A stretch of DNA of 64,000 nt. Origin: Catajapyx aquilonaris (lineage: Eukaryota). Of the stretch, positions 10,607 to 24,790 are shown piece by piece. The stretch lies in NCBI GenBank assembly GCA_000934665.2, contig KZ537964.1, positions 62,001 through 126,000 on the forward strand, given 5' to 3'. The notes below the pieces were generated by a model. The model worked only from the letters and a program-made list of their open reading frames with translations, had not been told where the DNA came from and did no database searches. Positions within the stretch are counted from its first letter, which is position 1; each line of letters begins with the position of its first letter. The position numbers and the translations under genes are program-made.

Positions 10607-13600
10607 TATACAACGTTACATGCCTACACTTGTGCACTCAATTAAAATACATGTAGGCTAATGCTTCAATGAATTTCAGTGCATAATATTACCCATTTAA
10701 GTCTCACAATTATGCACAAAGTGTGTAATAATGCGAAAGCTAGCTTTGAAGGGATGTGTATGATCTGCAGTGTGCGTACATCACATATATTTAGTCAGGT
10801 TTTTATCAATATCTCACAGGCAGTCCCCTTGCGGCGCAAGATAATGTGTTGGGTGTGTGTGCTTTCAGAGTGGGGGGGTAGTTATCGATGGCAGACTGTG
10901 GCAGTGGAGGGGGGGTATATGGAGGCCTCTATCATACGACCATGCTCCACAGGCACGAATAAGCCCCGGATGAACCGTTCGCTCAGACATTATTCCCACC
11001 TATCTGCACCAGCATCCCCTGGACCGCCCCCAATTTCCCTTGGTAAAGCCCCATTGCAGATATAACTCGCGGACTTTGCCCACACACCTGCTATTGCTGT
11101 CGGTGTCACCCCGTTATATTAGATGTCACAGCCATGAATTTGTAATACAATGCGGCTCTGGTGGGACGCTAAGGAGTTACAATCCACGTGGGCTACTGCA
11201 ACGCTGCGGTGAGGAACTACCGAAGCGCATCAAAATCCCTTATTTTTCCGTGATCAGGCGGTAATAATTCCGGCTGACAGGAAATTCTTCATCTTTGAGC
11301 GTGTGATCAATGTTCATGGACGGCTAGCATGTGCTATCTTTCTCTGTCAGCCCGCAGCAGCGGATACCATCAATAAAACGGCGCGGGGAACTTTCCAAAT
11401 CAGTCACCAGAGTCCGGGGGCCTCGGCTCGCCCTGTCACGAGATATTAGGCAAGACTTCAACATCCCGGCTTTTCCCTTTCAGAGTGGCTCACTTCCATC
11501 ATAAGTTTCGACTACCTTTCCCACAAGGTTGAGCCCGTGAGAAATGGGGCCCTGTAGCTTCGGCCCCGGAAGAAGAAGATGGATCTATTCGGAGGGCCGT
11601 CTGCTGGCAAAAGGAATGGAATGTAATTCCATCATTCACCCAACAGCCTGTTCGCCAGAAGAAATAAAAGAAAAATGGCGGAGGAAAAGAAAAAACAATA
11701 AGGAATCAACTAGCGGCACGAGCGACGATATTGTTTTTAACCAACAGTTACAGCGATTCGGTCGTTAATTAAATCTGGGTTTAAAATAATTTGTAGAGTC
11801 ATCACCTGATGCGAACAATCAATCACATCACGAATATTCAAGATTTTTATTAATTATCTAAAATGTGCAATTTGCTGGTCCCATTGGACGACCGGACTCA
11901 TTTCTGGGTCCGGTTTTTTTGCAGCCTTTGTATCCCAGTAGATATTAGTTGGGGATCGCATCAAGCCATCGAAAGGCGGCTGTAATTTAGCTGGGCAGCA
12001 TTAACCCATGGCACTTAGCTGGCAATACAGTGGCCTGGCTCGTTTAATCGCTGGTAATTGCGGCTCAAAAGTTGGTGCTAATGTGGCTGCGGTCACCATC
12101 TGGCATGTCTGGAGCACACTCCCTTTCCTCTCTGAGGACATTTCGACCCGTTTCCACCAGGCCCATGTATAGCTCTTCACGATGCTCAGATCCTGAGGCA
12201 TATTACACAATGTCCCATTCATGCACAAAGAGCGGCGGAATCATACTTGACAGACTGTTGTGAACCTCCGCTAATTGGCCACACAATTTACTTGGCCTTT
12301 TTAGCATTAGGAAGTCGCTGGGAATGGTCCTATTAGTCGCGAGGACTACTAGCGACGCTCTGGCGGGAACTTATGGAACCGCAAAGGCAGGTAAGAATCA
12401 ATCTTCACATATATAACTTATTATAGCTGCTTCTAACTGTTATGTAGCTAGTTTAGTTGCAGTATAATAATTGCAGAAATATTTTTTCATAATGTTAGTT
12501 ATAGCAAACAAATACATGCTGAAAGCTAGTGCCCGTATGTGAGGCTTCATTTCAACGTAGCAAAACCAGTGTCTCCGCAGATTTTTGGCAAAATGGGTCC
12601 ATCGCATGGTCCGTTAAATCCGCAACACATTGCAGAAGCGCCCATATTGCCAAACGTGTAAATTACACCCGACGTATTATTCTGGTCCGTATATTTTTGT
12701 CCGCCCTTTCTCCCAATGGTAGCTAGTCCACACTGCGGCCGTTTACACACCACTTAGAGAGCAATAGGCCTACTATAGTTTGAGGTTGGGCATTCAGGCC
12801 TGGGCAATTTCCATTAGGAACCGGGTGTATCCCTAGGCAACGCTGGGGATCAAATGCGACCCCCATCTTGGGCGGTTGGCAGAGGCGTGTAAAAACGGCG
12901 CTAATGTGGGGCCGTTGGGCAATTAAGCTCTATCGGCTGATAGCTTAATTGCCGGCACACAACAATCAGTGTGCATTTGCGAGGAGATTTGACTCTTTTA
13001 GCGAGGCTGGGGGAATGGGATTAGCGGGCTGCAGATGGCGCCAAATGAGCCGTGAAGAGATCAAAAATGGACGGCCGCCCAAGGAAAAGGGGGACTACCC
13101 TAATATAACATAGAGATAGAAAAAAACAGCAACAACCCAGGATTGTGCGAACTTTCTGCTCTACGGCACATGTGACGCTGAATGACAACGCTCCGTCGCT
13201 GATAATTGAGCTTAATTCCCTGTTTGACACTGACGAACTCGTGTCATCACGGGGGCGAATGACAATCCTGCGACTGGATTCATGGTATGCAAGGGATTTC
13301 AGACAACAAACGACGTCGGCATTTGAATTAATATCCATTAGTAATTATACGTAACAAGGTGTAGCTGCAATCGACGCTTTGTTTAACAGCTGTTGACCCG
13401 GTATGCCAGACTGGTCTTGTAGCACCATCATTTCTTTGGAAGGGAAAACCACTGAGGATCCCAGCAGGTCCCTCTTACAAGATAACGAATGCCCTTGTAA
13501 GCAAGGGTCGGACCTCTGGCATGCTCACACTTTGTCCCGACTGCAAGTGTGACAATCCACCACTGTCGCTCCATAATGCGGCCTCATTACTCACCTCCCA

Positions 13601-13976
13601 ATAGCTCAAGGCCCGCGTCTCCGGGTTTCCCTCACTCCATTCCGCCATGATCAATCTTGGCCTCGCCCGCCCTCAAACGACATCCATTTTTTTACTCCTC
13701 CTTCCCCCACCCCTCCCCACTTTTTTCCCTCTCTAAAACCTGGCACCCACAGTGAAAACCCCTGAGCAGGCGGCTGACATTTCTCATCCGTTTTCCAGCG
13801 TGTCTGCTGCCATCTAACGCTCGGTTCAGACGACAGGTGAGGATGCCCAAATAAATCCCCTTTCAACGTGGGGTCAAAATTTAAATTATTGGAATATTGA
13901 AATGTTAAAAAATTTGGGATTCAATTTTTTAATGGACAAAATTAGGGACACGTGTCTCAACGTGGGACACTACAAT

Positions 13977-13994
13977 TGGTGTCAGAAGTTGGAT
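13977..13994 (+). mobile_element. Primer-binding-site-like motif (tRNA-Leu complement) after an ...ACA end, probable LTR retrotransposon remnant
   Basis: CTACA-AT-TGGTGTCAGAAGTTGGAT is one mismatch from TGGTGTCAGAAGTGGGAT, the complement of the eukaryotic tRNA-Leu 3' end. No gag ORF follows. Confidence 0.4.
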
Positions 13995-16960
13995 AGTCAT
14001 TTTTTTTTTTTTTGAAAAATTCTTTTCATTTTAGATCACTGGAAAACTGGTTGCCATAGCTTCAGGATAATTCGGATCGAAAATTCCACAGGCATGTTCC
14101 TGTCAATTATGCCCTGATTAGTCCTCCCACCCACCACCCCCTCCAGTTTACTGATGGAATCAGGATAAGAAAGCCCGAGGAGAATTCGAGCAAACAGAAG
14201 GAGTCCGTACATTCCCTGGCTGCAATCCTCTGATCGGTAGCAGCATCACGTGTCTGGGATGAAGTCCCTTCTGCCAGACATCTCCATTAATCATCCCCAT
14301 CCTTCTCCACCTCTCTCTTCTTTCAACACACAGCAAGAGAACACCAAGAGAGGGATTTCCTCCCCCAGCAACCCCTTCCAAAGAAACAATTTCCTATACC
14401 TGAAGACCTATAGACGATCTTATCCCTCTTTTGAAAAGCTAAAAAGGGGGGTCGAAATAATTGGTGGATAATTTGTCAACGTCCTGCTGGGTCGAATTTC
14501 AATTGAAGATGTGACCTCGGCCATGAATTCGAAGGACAGTCATACTAGCTGGGGTGGATAAAATAAGGAAGCAGGGAATGCAGCACCGAGCAGCAACGGC
14601 AATTACAATGCTAAATGCTAGTCTCAAGAACCGCCTAGGGACAAAGTGCTTCTTAATTCCTTTAAAACTCCAGGGAGCCGCTCGGCAATAATTCTTACCT
14701 TCCTGTTTCTTGCTTAAACACGCTGCGAGTAAATAAATTTCATCCGGCTGCTGTAGACCCACAGCTCTCCTTTCCCTTGTTCTTGTTGGAATGGGGTGGC
14801 GGGGGAGGGATGGGGGTGAACGAATTTCATCCTGATTCATTACTTGGGCCCTTGTAAACAAAGGGAACCACGTAATGTTAAAACAAAGGGAACGTACAAG
14901 ATTGTCTACTCTTGTTTCGAATTACCCGCAGCTATATTTCATCACCGGGGTAAGATGAGACACGCTCGCAACCACTCTCGCGAATATCAAGATATTAAGG
15001 TCGTCTCCGCGGTTCTATTTCGCGATTCCTCATTCAGTTCCAGCTGTTTGCTGATGCACTTCCAGAAACACAGTGTGCTTTTCCAATTACATGCAGCGAG
15101 CGCTGTTGTCGTGCGATGCTAGCGACGCTCTTCGGGCCGGTTGCAGAACTAGGCCAGTAACGGCCACTGCCTCGATACTAGCGACGCTCTCCTGGCCGGT
15201 TTCTGAACTAGCCAATTAGTCACGGCGGTAGCAGGTGGGTTGTGCGGGAACCATGCCCGACCACGAGCGTTGCGTGCAGGCGGAAAGAGAGCCTAATGGG
15301 CTGCGAAGGGGATCTCCAGTTGACGGAAATGACGGCCGACGGCCCTGCTAAGGCGCCAATCCAACTCTGGCGGGAAGGCTGTCCTGACGAGTCGGCATCC
15401 TAGAAAAGAGGGGGGTGTATATAGTCGGGGTTTCCCACTCGGGTCCCCGAAGAACGGCCCTATTTTCCTCCCCGCCTGCCTCTTCTGGGACATGCAAGCG
15501 TGTCTGGTCCAATCAGGTCCAATATCTCGCCACAACCTTTCATTCCGCGTTTCAACTCCTTTCACCAGATGCTCCACGTTTGACCCCACATATGTATCAT
15601 GCATCGTGTTTTTTGAGGTAAAAACTCACCTTTGGGGTCCAAGGCTATATCCGGGAGCAATCGGAGGGGACAGTATCGATTGAACTGTCCCCTTTTGTCT
15701 TGGGGAGTGGGTGAGGCTTGCCAAGCCTAATGACTAATGCGTGCTGACGGCCTAAATTGCTGCAGGACAATCAAGTTTGTCACTTGCTCCCCTTCGCCTT
15801 GTCGTGGCCAATGATGACACGCGGCGCCTCTGCCACAATCAAAAGGGACTTGAAGGGCTCTCTCACTACCCTATAAACCCACACCCCATGCCGCTTTCCA
15901 TGTAATTACCTCCGCACATCCAGTATGCATTTGGGTTTTAACCATTTTCCAGTATGATCGCACATGTTTTGATTACATAAGTAGGACATTCAGTGTGTAC
16001 ATAATTCACAAAGGTAGTGAAGTAAATTATAAAAATGATGGCTTTCCCATGTTTTGGATTTTTAAATAAAAAATTTAAAATGCGCACCAGCATCACACAG
16101 AGACCTGCTGGTGCATCCCTTACATATGGGCTGATGTCATCACATTTCGTCTCAATATCCAAACTTTTCTTTCTAAATTCGACCTTTCTTCCTCTGCAAA
16201 TCTCACAAAAGACTTCTGCAAGTGGTCTGATTTACAAGGCAGAATGTCATAGACAACCTCCTTCATTTGCTCCCTCTGTTGCAATTCAATTCGTGTGCAA
16301 AAATACAGAAAAACTTACCTCGGTTTTGGAATAGAAACAGAGATCTAGGGGAGGGCGGGGGGGGGGGGGGGNCCTTTTGGGCTCAAACTAGAGGCTTTAA
16401 GAAGGGGCGGCAGAGCTTCGGTGCCTTTGATCGCATATTAAAGCTTTGATCAGCACACGGGCTGTCATCTCCATGTAGAAGCCGCGGCTCCCCGGTGGCA
16501 CAAGGCTTTGACAGCTTAGTTAGCTGCCATGCCAGTTTTCCCTGGGCGGAGATTCGTTCCCCCCAGGGATAGAGGGCGGGAGGGAGCCCCCCCCCCCCTT
16601 CCCCCCACTTCAAAAAAAAAAGTTGTGTGCACCAAAAAGTAAAAAGAGATTCGCAAAACGGCCCCCCCGGGCACCTTTTTCGCGGAATTTTTTTTGGGTA
16701 AAAAGAAAAAGATGGGTGTGTTTCAGTCCTTGTTGCGTAATGACATTATTGGCATCCGACAAGACATGACAGATGGCAATTTGTAGCACAAAGCAAATCA
16801 AGGGACCTGCTGTCTGACTGTTTGAAATTGGCGGGGAAGCGATCTAGGGAACTGGGAAGAGTTCGTGAGCGATTGTGAATGGCATCCCCAGCCCAAATGA
16901 GCAACCCCAAAGGGTTCATAAATAATGGATTTGAACGTGGCAATCGCATGGTCTCTGTGT

Positions 16961-17248
16961 GATGCTGCGCCACTTATTAAAAAAATCGCTCTAAAAATTA
17001 TTTTGAAATATGAATTTGGTGCAATAGTGAAAGTAAACTCAAATTTTGCTAGTTTGATCACAACCTAAAAACTCAATATGGAGAGTGCAATGGTCGCTCG
17101 AATATTACTTAGAGGTGGGATGCTGCGCCACTTATAAAAAATCGCTTAAAATATGAATTTTCGCATTTCAACCCTGCAATATTGAAAGTAAACTCGAATC
17201 AGTTTTGCTCATTACATAGTGAAACTGTTAATAAGTGCAATGCTCGCG
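16961..17248. repeat. Diverged tandem duplication, ~158-bp period
   Basis: GATGCTGCGCCACTTAT..AAAAATCGCT...ATATGAATTT...TGAAAGTAAACTC...AGTGCAATG at 16961 and again at 17119. Confidence 0.8.
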
Positions 17249-18451
17249 CACTAATTTGAGTACCGTTTAAAAAGGACCCTTTGGGCTCTTTTCGCTTGCA
17301 AAAAAAAGTATCTGGGGTGGGCGTGTCATCGAAATGACTGCATAACAGAAGCGAAGTGCAGTGCAGTGGTCCACATTTTCAATTTCCCAAAAATGAAAAG
17401 GGTTTGCCAGGCAGTTTCCGCTGTTGTCTGGCGACCGGCCCTGATTTTTCATCTGTATGTTCGGGGGATTGGGGGTTGGGCCGAAGGCATTTAAAGCGGA
17501 AAATGATACATAAATTTGGTGGTAATTGTGATGAGTAGTCTTCACGGGCCTCCCTCCCACAGGCCTGGCCCATCTTTTAATTAACTTGCGCACACATCGT
17601 TTGTTGGGAAAACATTCTGGCAGATGAGCATTATGGGTGAAGCATGTGCAGAGTTTCCCTTATGGTGCAAACAAAAATGTGTTGCACATTTGGGCCTGCA
17701 TCAAGCCAAATAGGATGTCGAGTCAGGCGACATAGGACGTGACTTATCCTTTCTGATGTTTGGCCAAAAAACAAACAAGTGTGGTGAATATAGTAGTGCA
17801 AAAAAAAAATGTATGAAAATGGCGGAATGGAGTAATGATTCTAGCGCGGATTTCAAAAGAGTGTTTCAGTGCAGGGTGGTATGTCAGTCATAGCTCCAAA
17901 CACAGCGGGATGAGGTACAACACGTAGCCCTTTCCAGCTTTGTGTTTGAACATCAAGCACTGTCGAGTCAAATATGATGGTGAGCTCGACCGTGGATTGC
18001 CCACAAGCCAATGAGTTTTTTTTTGTACAAAAAAAAGTTTTAAGACACTAAATTAACCCGACATAAATTAAACGCGCTTCTCTTCAGAGAATTATTTGTT
18101 TTAAAAAAGCGGACTGACAAAGCAGGCGGATCTATACAGTGTGCTCTAACTTCAAACATGGCCTGAAATAACAGCCAGCGTGTTGTGTCTCGCCCTGTAA
18201 TTTATGCCTGCACTCAGTAGGCTAGACTAGGCCATTTTTTCAGTACTTTGGAATAGACGGCCTTTTCCACGTACATGGGTGTGTGTCTGACATTAATATT
18301 TGAATTGTGGCCTCAAATTTTCCAAAAAATCACCAACACACTATAATTGTGTGGGTTTGGAAACCACGAAAGTTAAAAATATTACTAATGAGATATACCG
18401 TACAATAACAGCAAACTAAGTAGCTTTATTGTAAGAATTGTAATTTATATG

Positions 18452-18980
18452 TTCAATAAATATTTAAATTGCTTATATTCCAACAACGATATGGGATGAA
18501 TTTTTATTTTTCAGTTAATTTTTGGGTCATGTTGCACCCCCGACTAAGATCCTAGCTACGTTATTAATCTATTTTAATTATTTGATGGAATTTATTTATT
18601 CATTTTATGCAATTTCACTTTTTTGTGGGATTTATTTATTTATTCATTTTATGCAATTTCATTATTTGATGGAATTTATTTATTCATTTTATGCAATTTC
18701 ACTTTTTTGTGGGATTTATTTATTTATTCATTTTATGCAATTTCATTATTTGATGGAATTTATTTATTCATTTTATGCCATTTATTTTATTGAATTTTAG
18801 TTGTTAGTAAAACAATTAAAATTTAAGAAAATGAATAAATCAATTACATAAAAAGAATTAAAATTAATTAATAACGTAGCTAGGATCTTAGTCGGGGGTG
18901 CAACAGGAGCCAAAAATTAACTGGAAATAAAAATTCCTCCCAAAATGTTGGAATATAAGCAATTTTAATATTTTATTCAA
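18452..18980. mobile_element. Foldback/MITE-like element with ~130-bp inverted arms enclosing an 84-bp AT-rich tandem repeat
   Basis: Perfect 39-bp inverted match, 18530-18568 vs ~18867-18905 (TGTTGCACCCCCGACTAAGATCCTAGCTACGTTATTAAT). Arms extend imperfectly outward. The internal unit TTTGATGGAATTTATTTATTC recurs at 18581, 18665 and 18749. Confidence 0.8.
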
Positions 18981-21913
18981 TATTTCAATTGCCTAGGGCA
19001 TGAATCGCCTAAGTAAGAGGACAGAATGAGTGCGATATGTTGACAGCATATCTCTGATGTCAAGTACACGCTAATTCTGTGTAACTCCTGCGAATTATAG
19101 CACTATCCTGCGCAATCAACGCCACAATGCGGAATAGTCTCTACCAAAATTATATTCCCCAAAAAATAAATCAAGCAAAGTGTCGCACATTTACGTCGAA
19201 CTCTCAGCGACAATTACCTCCCCAAATAACGAGGGGTCGACATATACCCCCTCTCCAAAACTACACCTTTTAATAATTCCCGCCCCATCATGTCCCCATC
19301 CCAATAAATCCCGCCAGCACAGAAACAAATCCTGTCATCGATCTTCGGCTAATTTATTCGCAATGCCGAAAAGAGAGACAAAAAATTGACAGCTCCAAAT
19401 CCGAGGGGGCCACATCATCATAATCATCATCATCCAAAAAGGGACCCCCTTCTCATGTCAACAAACAGTACCTCATAATTGATTGGCACACAACTGCAGC
19501 TAAGTTGCCCGGGGCCGGACCTGGAGAAATAATTAGGTACTACATCAATGCTTGTGTCAGTTCCCATTGTTTTTGTCATATACGCACTCTTTTTGTGCGT
19601 GTGTGTGTGTGAGAGCAAGCCGTGCATGTCGTGTTCCTCACCCCTAACTCGTCAAACGCACACAGGGTTAGATGTCCTCAGTTGAACCGGGTTTTGTATA
19701 TACCCTGTGTAAAAAAAAAAGTGCATCCTACGTCCCCAACCTGTAATCAGAGGTCTGTGTGCACCCTATTGCGTGGTTATCACTTCCATCGGACGCTTCC
19801 GGCTCTAGCCCCGTGTCCTGTGAAATCGCTTTGGCGCCGCCCCTCCGCCACAAAAATGGTTTCAAAAAAAAGAAGAGAGAGAAAAAAAAAGACAGCTAGA
19901 GAAGAGAGTCCTGCAAACCCCCGACAACACACGGGGGTGCTGTACCGTTCCGCTCGGATAATAAGCCCGCAGACCCTTTATCTCCTCTCGTATACAGCCC
20001 GCCCACCCCTGATAGGCTTTGGGAGGCCCTTGTCGCCTTTTCCCAACCACGCCCCAATATCCCAGGATATGGTGCTCTAGAGACTGGCCACTCAAAATCC
20101 GGGGTTTGTGTGAGGGGGGCACTGTGGCATCCCACGGTTGTGTGACCTGCGGTGGATAGAGGGCGACTCTTGTTCGGGACAGGGAGACAACCGTGGACGC
20201 AATGGACTGATTCAGCGCGACAGAGATTGGCGGATGTCCCTAGACTGCTGTAGAATACTCAGGTGTCATGTTGGCGTATTAGAACGGAGCCAATCTGGCT
20301 AAAAGATGGGAGAGAAAAAACTGCCAGCATAGCTCTCGGGGTCACGGGAGAAACGCCCCCACCACCAAGGTGGGATATCATGTTGGCTGCAGTGTCAAGG
20401 TGTAACTACTTTTCATTAAGCTACATTATTTTGCAGATTTGCTTAGTAATCCTCCAAATGCAATGCTTTTGATACGAACCAGCTTTGTTTATAGTACAGT
20501 GCGCATAAATAAGCCGGGGATTTAATGACAAACTCTTTTGTAGCCTTTCATCCTATTGGTAATTCGGGGAAGCAAATCAGCTGATGCACTCGATTTAAAC
20601 AGCCATTTTTGGGCCAAAATTGAGATTTACACAACGATTGCATTGTTGCTGAATGTACTATAAAATGCAATATTTCCAAGCTGGCACACCCTATTTCTAA
20701 GGAAAATTTTCATAAATATGAGGTGCATATATTACCCTCCATCCCATTGGCACACCTTCCTCCGCTCATTTATACCCACGTGTTATCTGACACGCGTAAT
20801 TTACAATCATCTGGGATTAGATCCGTAAGTAAAGAATGTCCGTAAATCATCCTCAACAGCCCGCTAGTGTAATTAAGTGGAAGAACTTCCCGCCGTAAGT
20901 GGGTCGTTCGGGCCGCCATTTTTTACCCTCCCCCCCTTACGATGTAAAATTATGTTCCCTTGATGGGAAGGTTTTGTTATCATAAGACAAAGTTTAACAT
21001 CACCGTTCATTAAGACATGCGGGGGAAAAACAAGATTGGCAAATCATTCGAGCGTGATTCGAGTAGACTTTTTACTTGTCCACGGACAGACGGATGGACA
21101 TATCCGTTCTGAGTATGACTTTTGCGATGAGAAAAAGTTGTCTAAAAATGAAGCTGCAGTGTGAACACGTTTCCGTTTAAATTTGTAGGGTAGAAGGCAA
21201 ATAGGTGTGGTAACCCACCTGCGGTACCCCTGCTCCCTCCGGCATTAAAACATGGCCGCCGAGGGGCCGAGTGTCAAACGCGGACATTAATTGGCTGCCT
21301 TCCGTCTGTTGCCAGAAGGGGCCCATCTATCCCCAACAAAATGAAGAGAAGACGGCCATTTTGGCTCCAAAAACGCTTTTCCTTTTTTTTTCTCGCAAAA
21401 AATAGTAGCGAGCTCCTCCCTGCTCTCCAAAAGCTGACAGCTGGTGACCGGATGACGTATGAGAAGCCCTTAATGCCAACATAAACCTCCAGATTTTCAG
21501 CACAATAATTCTTCCTTTCTATATTTCTTTCCCTCGGAGTTGGGCGCACCCCCCACCCCCCCTCCCATATCCTCCATCCTCCCCACCATCCAAGCGGGCG
21601 TGATAAATGACGTACTCACCGTAATTGCCTTCTAAGTTATGGCTTATAGCGTGTATGAAATATGGTATCGTTCTACACGCAATTACAGCCCGGTTATTTA
21701 TCTTGGGAGCCCCCATTCATACCCGCTTTTCTGAGCCCCGGGTAAAATATGAGCCGTGTCGGTGCCTATTGTGAACAATATGGAATTTGTTTCGCGGAAC
21801 TTTATGATGCATGCCCGTCGGGGGCGTTATGATGGACGAGCCGGGCCATAAAACAATGTGGCAAGACTGCCGAATTTTCCTGTTTACACAAGGGCTGGCC
21901 ACTTGGAGGTCCC

Positions 21914-22260
21914 TCTAGCCTTAGAAGGTGCCTACTTCACCCCATAGCCTCACCACGTGGCCTCACTATAGGTATACTTTGTCCCTCCTAGCCTCGCGAG
22001 GTGCGTACTGAATCATCTAGCCTCAAACGGTGCCCACTTCGGCCGTCCGAGCCTCAGTATAATTATGTCAACTTCGTCTCCCGGCCTCGCGAGGTACGAC
22101 TTAGTCCCCTGGCCTCGCGAGGTTCCGCTTAGTCTCCCGGCCTCGCGAGGTACCACTTAGTTCCCCGGCCTCGCGACGTGCCACTTAGTCCCCCAGCCTC
22201 GTGAGGTGCCCGCTTCACCCCCTAGCCTCAAACCAGGCCCATTTCGTCCTCCCTAGCCTC
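21914..22260. repeat. GC-rich degenerate minisatellite (~28-30-bp unit GCCTCGCGAGGT..CTTAGTCCCC)
   Basis: About a dozen diverged units visible, the central ones with the palindrome CCTCGCGAGG. Confidence 0.85.
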
Positions 22261-22641
22261 ATTTTCGCATTTTCCCCCTACGTTAGAAGCAGAAAAGAAG
22301 GATATGTTGTGGTAAAGGCAAGAAGATGACAACAGTAAATTTTACGGGGGGCCGTTAAATCCGTGGCGGCGTAGTGAATAAGTATGTGAATCTCCCTGCT
22401 GTATAAAAAGTAGGGGGGGTCAAAATGACTACCTCACTTTCTTCGGGGGAGTCATAAATAATGTGAAGTTGTAAGTGGGATTCGTTGCCGAGGAGGGCAC
22501 GTGTCTGGTGCGAAATTATTCTTGCAGTTTTCTTGCAAAAAAATTGGTCTGAATTTGAAAAAAGGGGGGTTGCCTTTAAGAATAATAAGTTTGTAGTATA
22601 GACCATGTCAAAAGTAGATCCTGATGTGTACATACCCACTT

Positions 22642-22642
<1 letters not shown>

Positions 22643-22718
<76 letters not shown>
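22643..22718. repeat. (AAT)n microsatellite
   Basis: Pure trinucleotide run. It explains the poly-N and poly-L ORFs in the track. Confidence 0.97.
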
Positions 22719-22723
<5 letters not shown>

Positions 22724-24280
22724 CATTTCTTTACATGGAAAAGCGGCCTCGTTTGAACATGACTTAATTGGGCAATGCCAGCAGTGACTCAAGTATTCAA
22801 GTAGAATGTAAAAGGTCAAATAAGGCATTGCATTTTATGTGGGTGTATAAAACTTATCTAAGCTTTGTAAGTGGGGTTGTCAAGGTTGGAAATAAGTAGT
22901 GTTTGAACTATTGCCCATAAAAAGTTTAGGACGCCTTATTAAGATTTCTATTTACTTACAGCGGCTAGTTGCATTTCATTGTGGTTTAAGAGCTGTTAAG
23001 CCTCTTTTACACACGCAATTCTGTCAGGGTGCAAAGTTATATAACATTTTAACATACCACAGCCATGTGTAATATTTCTGTTCTCTCCTATTACAACATG
23101 TAAATACGTATGTTGGAGTAGGGCCTACACAGTATTCAAAAACACTCCTACCACCCATAAAATTCACCCAGGAGTTGGAATAGACATAGAAATAGCTGCT
23201 CGCTCCTGAAAATGCCAAGTTCACTTTTTAAAACACCATCCTGGAGAGAACAAAAAAAAAAACCTCTCCCCCACTGGAAGTAATCTCAACATTTGCATTT
23301 TGCATTTTCTTTCCTGGCATAACGAGCAAGCCATAAAGATTATGCCTAGTGCAAGTCCCTCGTTTTAAGCACTAATATAAATGTTCCTAGTCGTGAACGC
23401 GTGTGTAGCAGCGCCCCCAACCAGTTCATTTAATCTCCGCCCGTACAATTTAGCAGGCCTTCTTATTATTTTCCCGAAGGACGAATAAGAAGTAATGCAA
23501 TAAGGCAAAATATACGGCCGTTGGAATTTCCTCCGTTTTACTTCTATTAGCAAATCTACAAGCAGCCAACGAGGTTTCGGGTCGTATTTCAGCCCCCGGG
23601 TACTCCCCGACTCCCTTTCCTACTCCCTACCCCCCCCCCCTCCTCCTCCTCCCACCGTTTACGAGCCGAGGGGTTGGGATTGGTGTAATGGGGAGGAGAG
23701 AAACGTCCCCGGAACATGTTCTGGAAATATCGCCCGGAGAAACCTTCCCTAGCAACCATTACGCCACTCGCGATAGCCAGTTTTATTTCATCCCCGGGCA
23801 ATTAGACTTATTCCGACTCATGTCTCTAATGGAAGCCCGGATGTGTTAATATATCAATTAAACAGAATAAATTAGTCGCCATAACCATAAACTACTTCTA
23901 AATAGGGCGTTCGCAGCATTAAGTAAAAGCAAGAGGGAGGAGGGGGAGGGGGCGGTAGGGGGAGGGGGGGGGGATATTGATAAAAGTTGGGTGTTAATCC
24001 CGGTAAGAAAGTACAAGGCAGGGCCGGGATTAGGGCTGCGAGTGGAAGCTGGGAATTAATGAGCGCCCGAGAAGAGTTAAGCAGGCGCTTTGGCTGGGAA
24101 CGTGCGTGCGGCTGCCTCCGCGGACTTTGCCGCGCTAAGAAACTCCCCGGACTAATGCACCCCCCGGACAACCCCTCCCCATTCCGCTAATACCACCCTC
24201 CTTGCCCCATGTATATACGGTTGCAATCAAGAGAAGTGGCGTCAACACTATTTCCAACCCTGTCATCATCCACCTACAAA

Positions 24281-24790
24281 TATCGATACATCTTGATAGT
24301 ACCCATATCGATACATACATATCAATACACACATATCGATAAGTAGTCCTACAGTAGTATCGATACATATGGATATGTCATATCGATAAATGCATATCAA
24401 TACACACATATCGATAAGTATTCCTACAGTAGTATCGATACATATGGATATGTCATATCGATACATACATATCGATAAGTATAGTAGTATCGATACATAT
24501 GGATATGTCATATCGATACATACATATCGATAAGTACAGTAGTATCGATACATATGGATATGTCATATCGATACATATGGATATGTCATATCGATACATA
24601 TGGATATGTCATATCGATACATAATTATGGATATGCCATATCGATACATATGGATATGTCATATCGATACATGTAGAGATGTATCGATACATCACTAACG
24701 ACACAACGATATATTATCGACATGCATATCGGTACGCACTAGATTATACCAGATTATACTATAGATATCGATATGTACCGATACGTACAG
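24281..24790. repeat. Minisatellite built on TATCGATA (23-bp core unit ATCGATACATATGGATATGTCAT)
   Basis: About 20 TATCGATA octamers counted by eye, with clean 23-bp periodicity at ~24543-24620. Confidence 0.9.
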
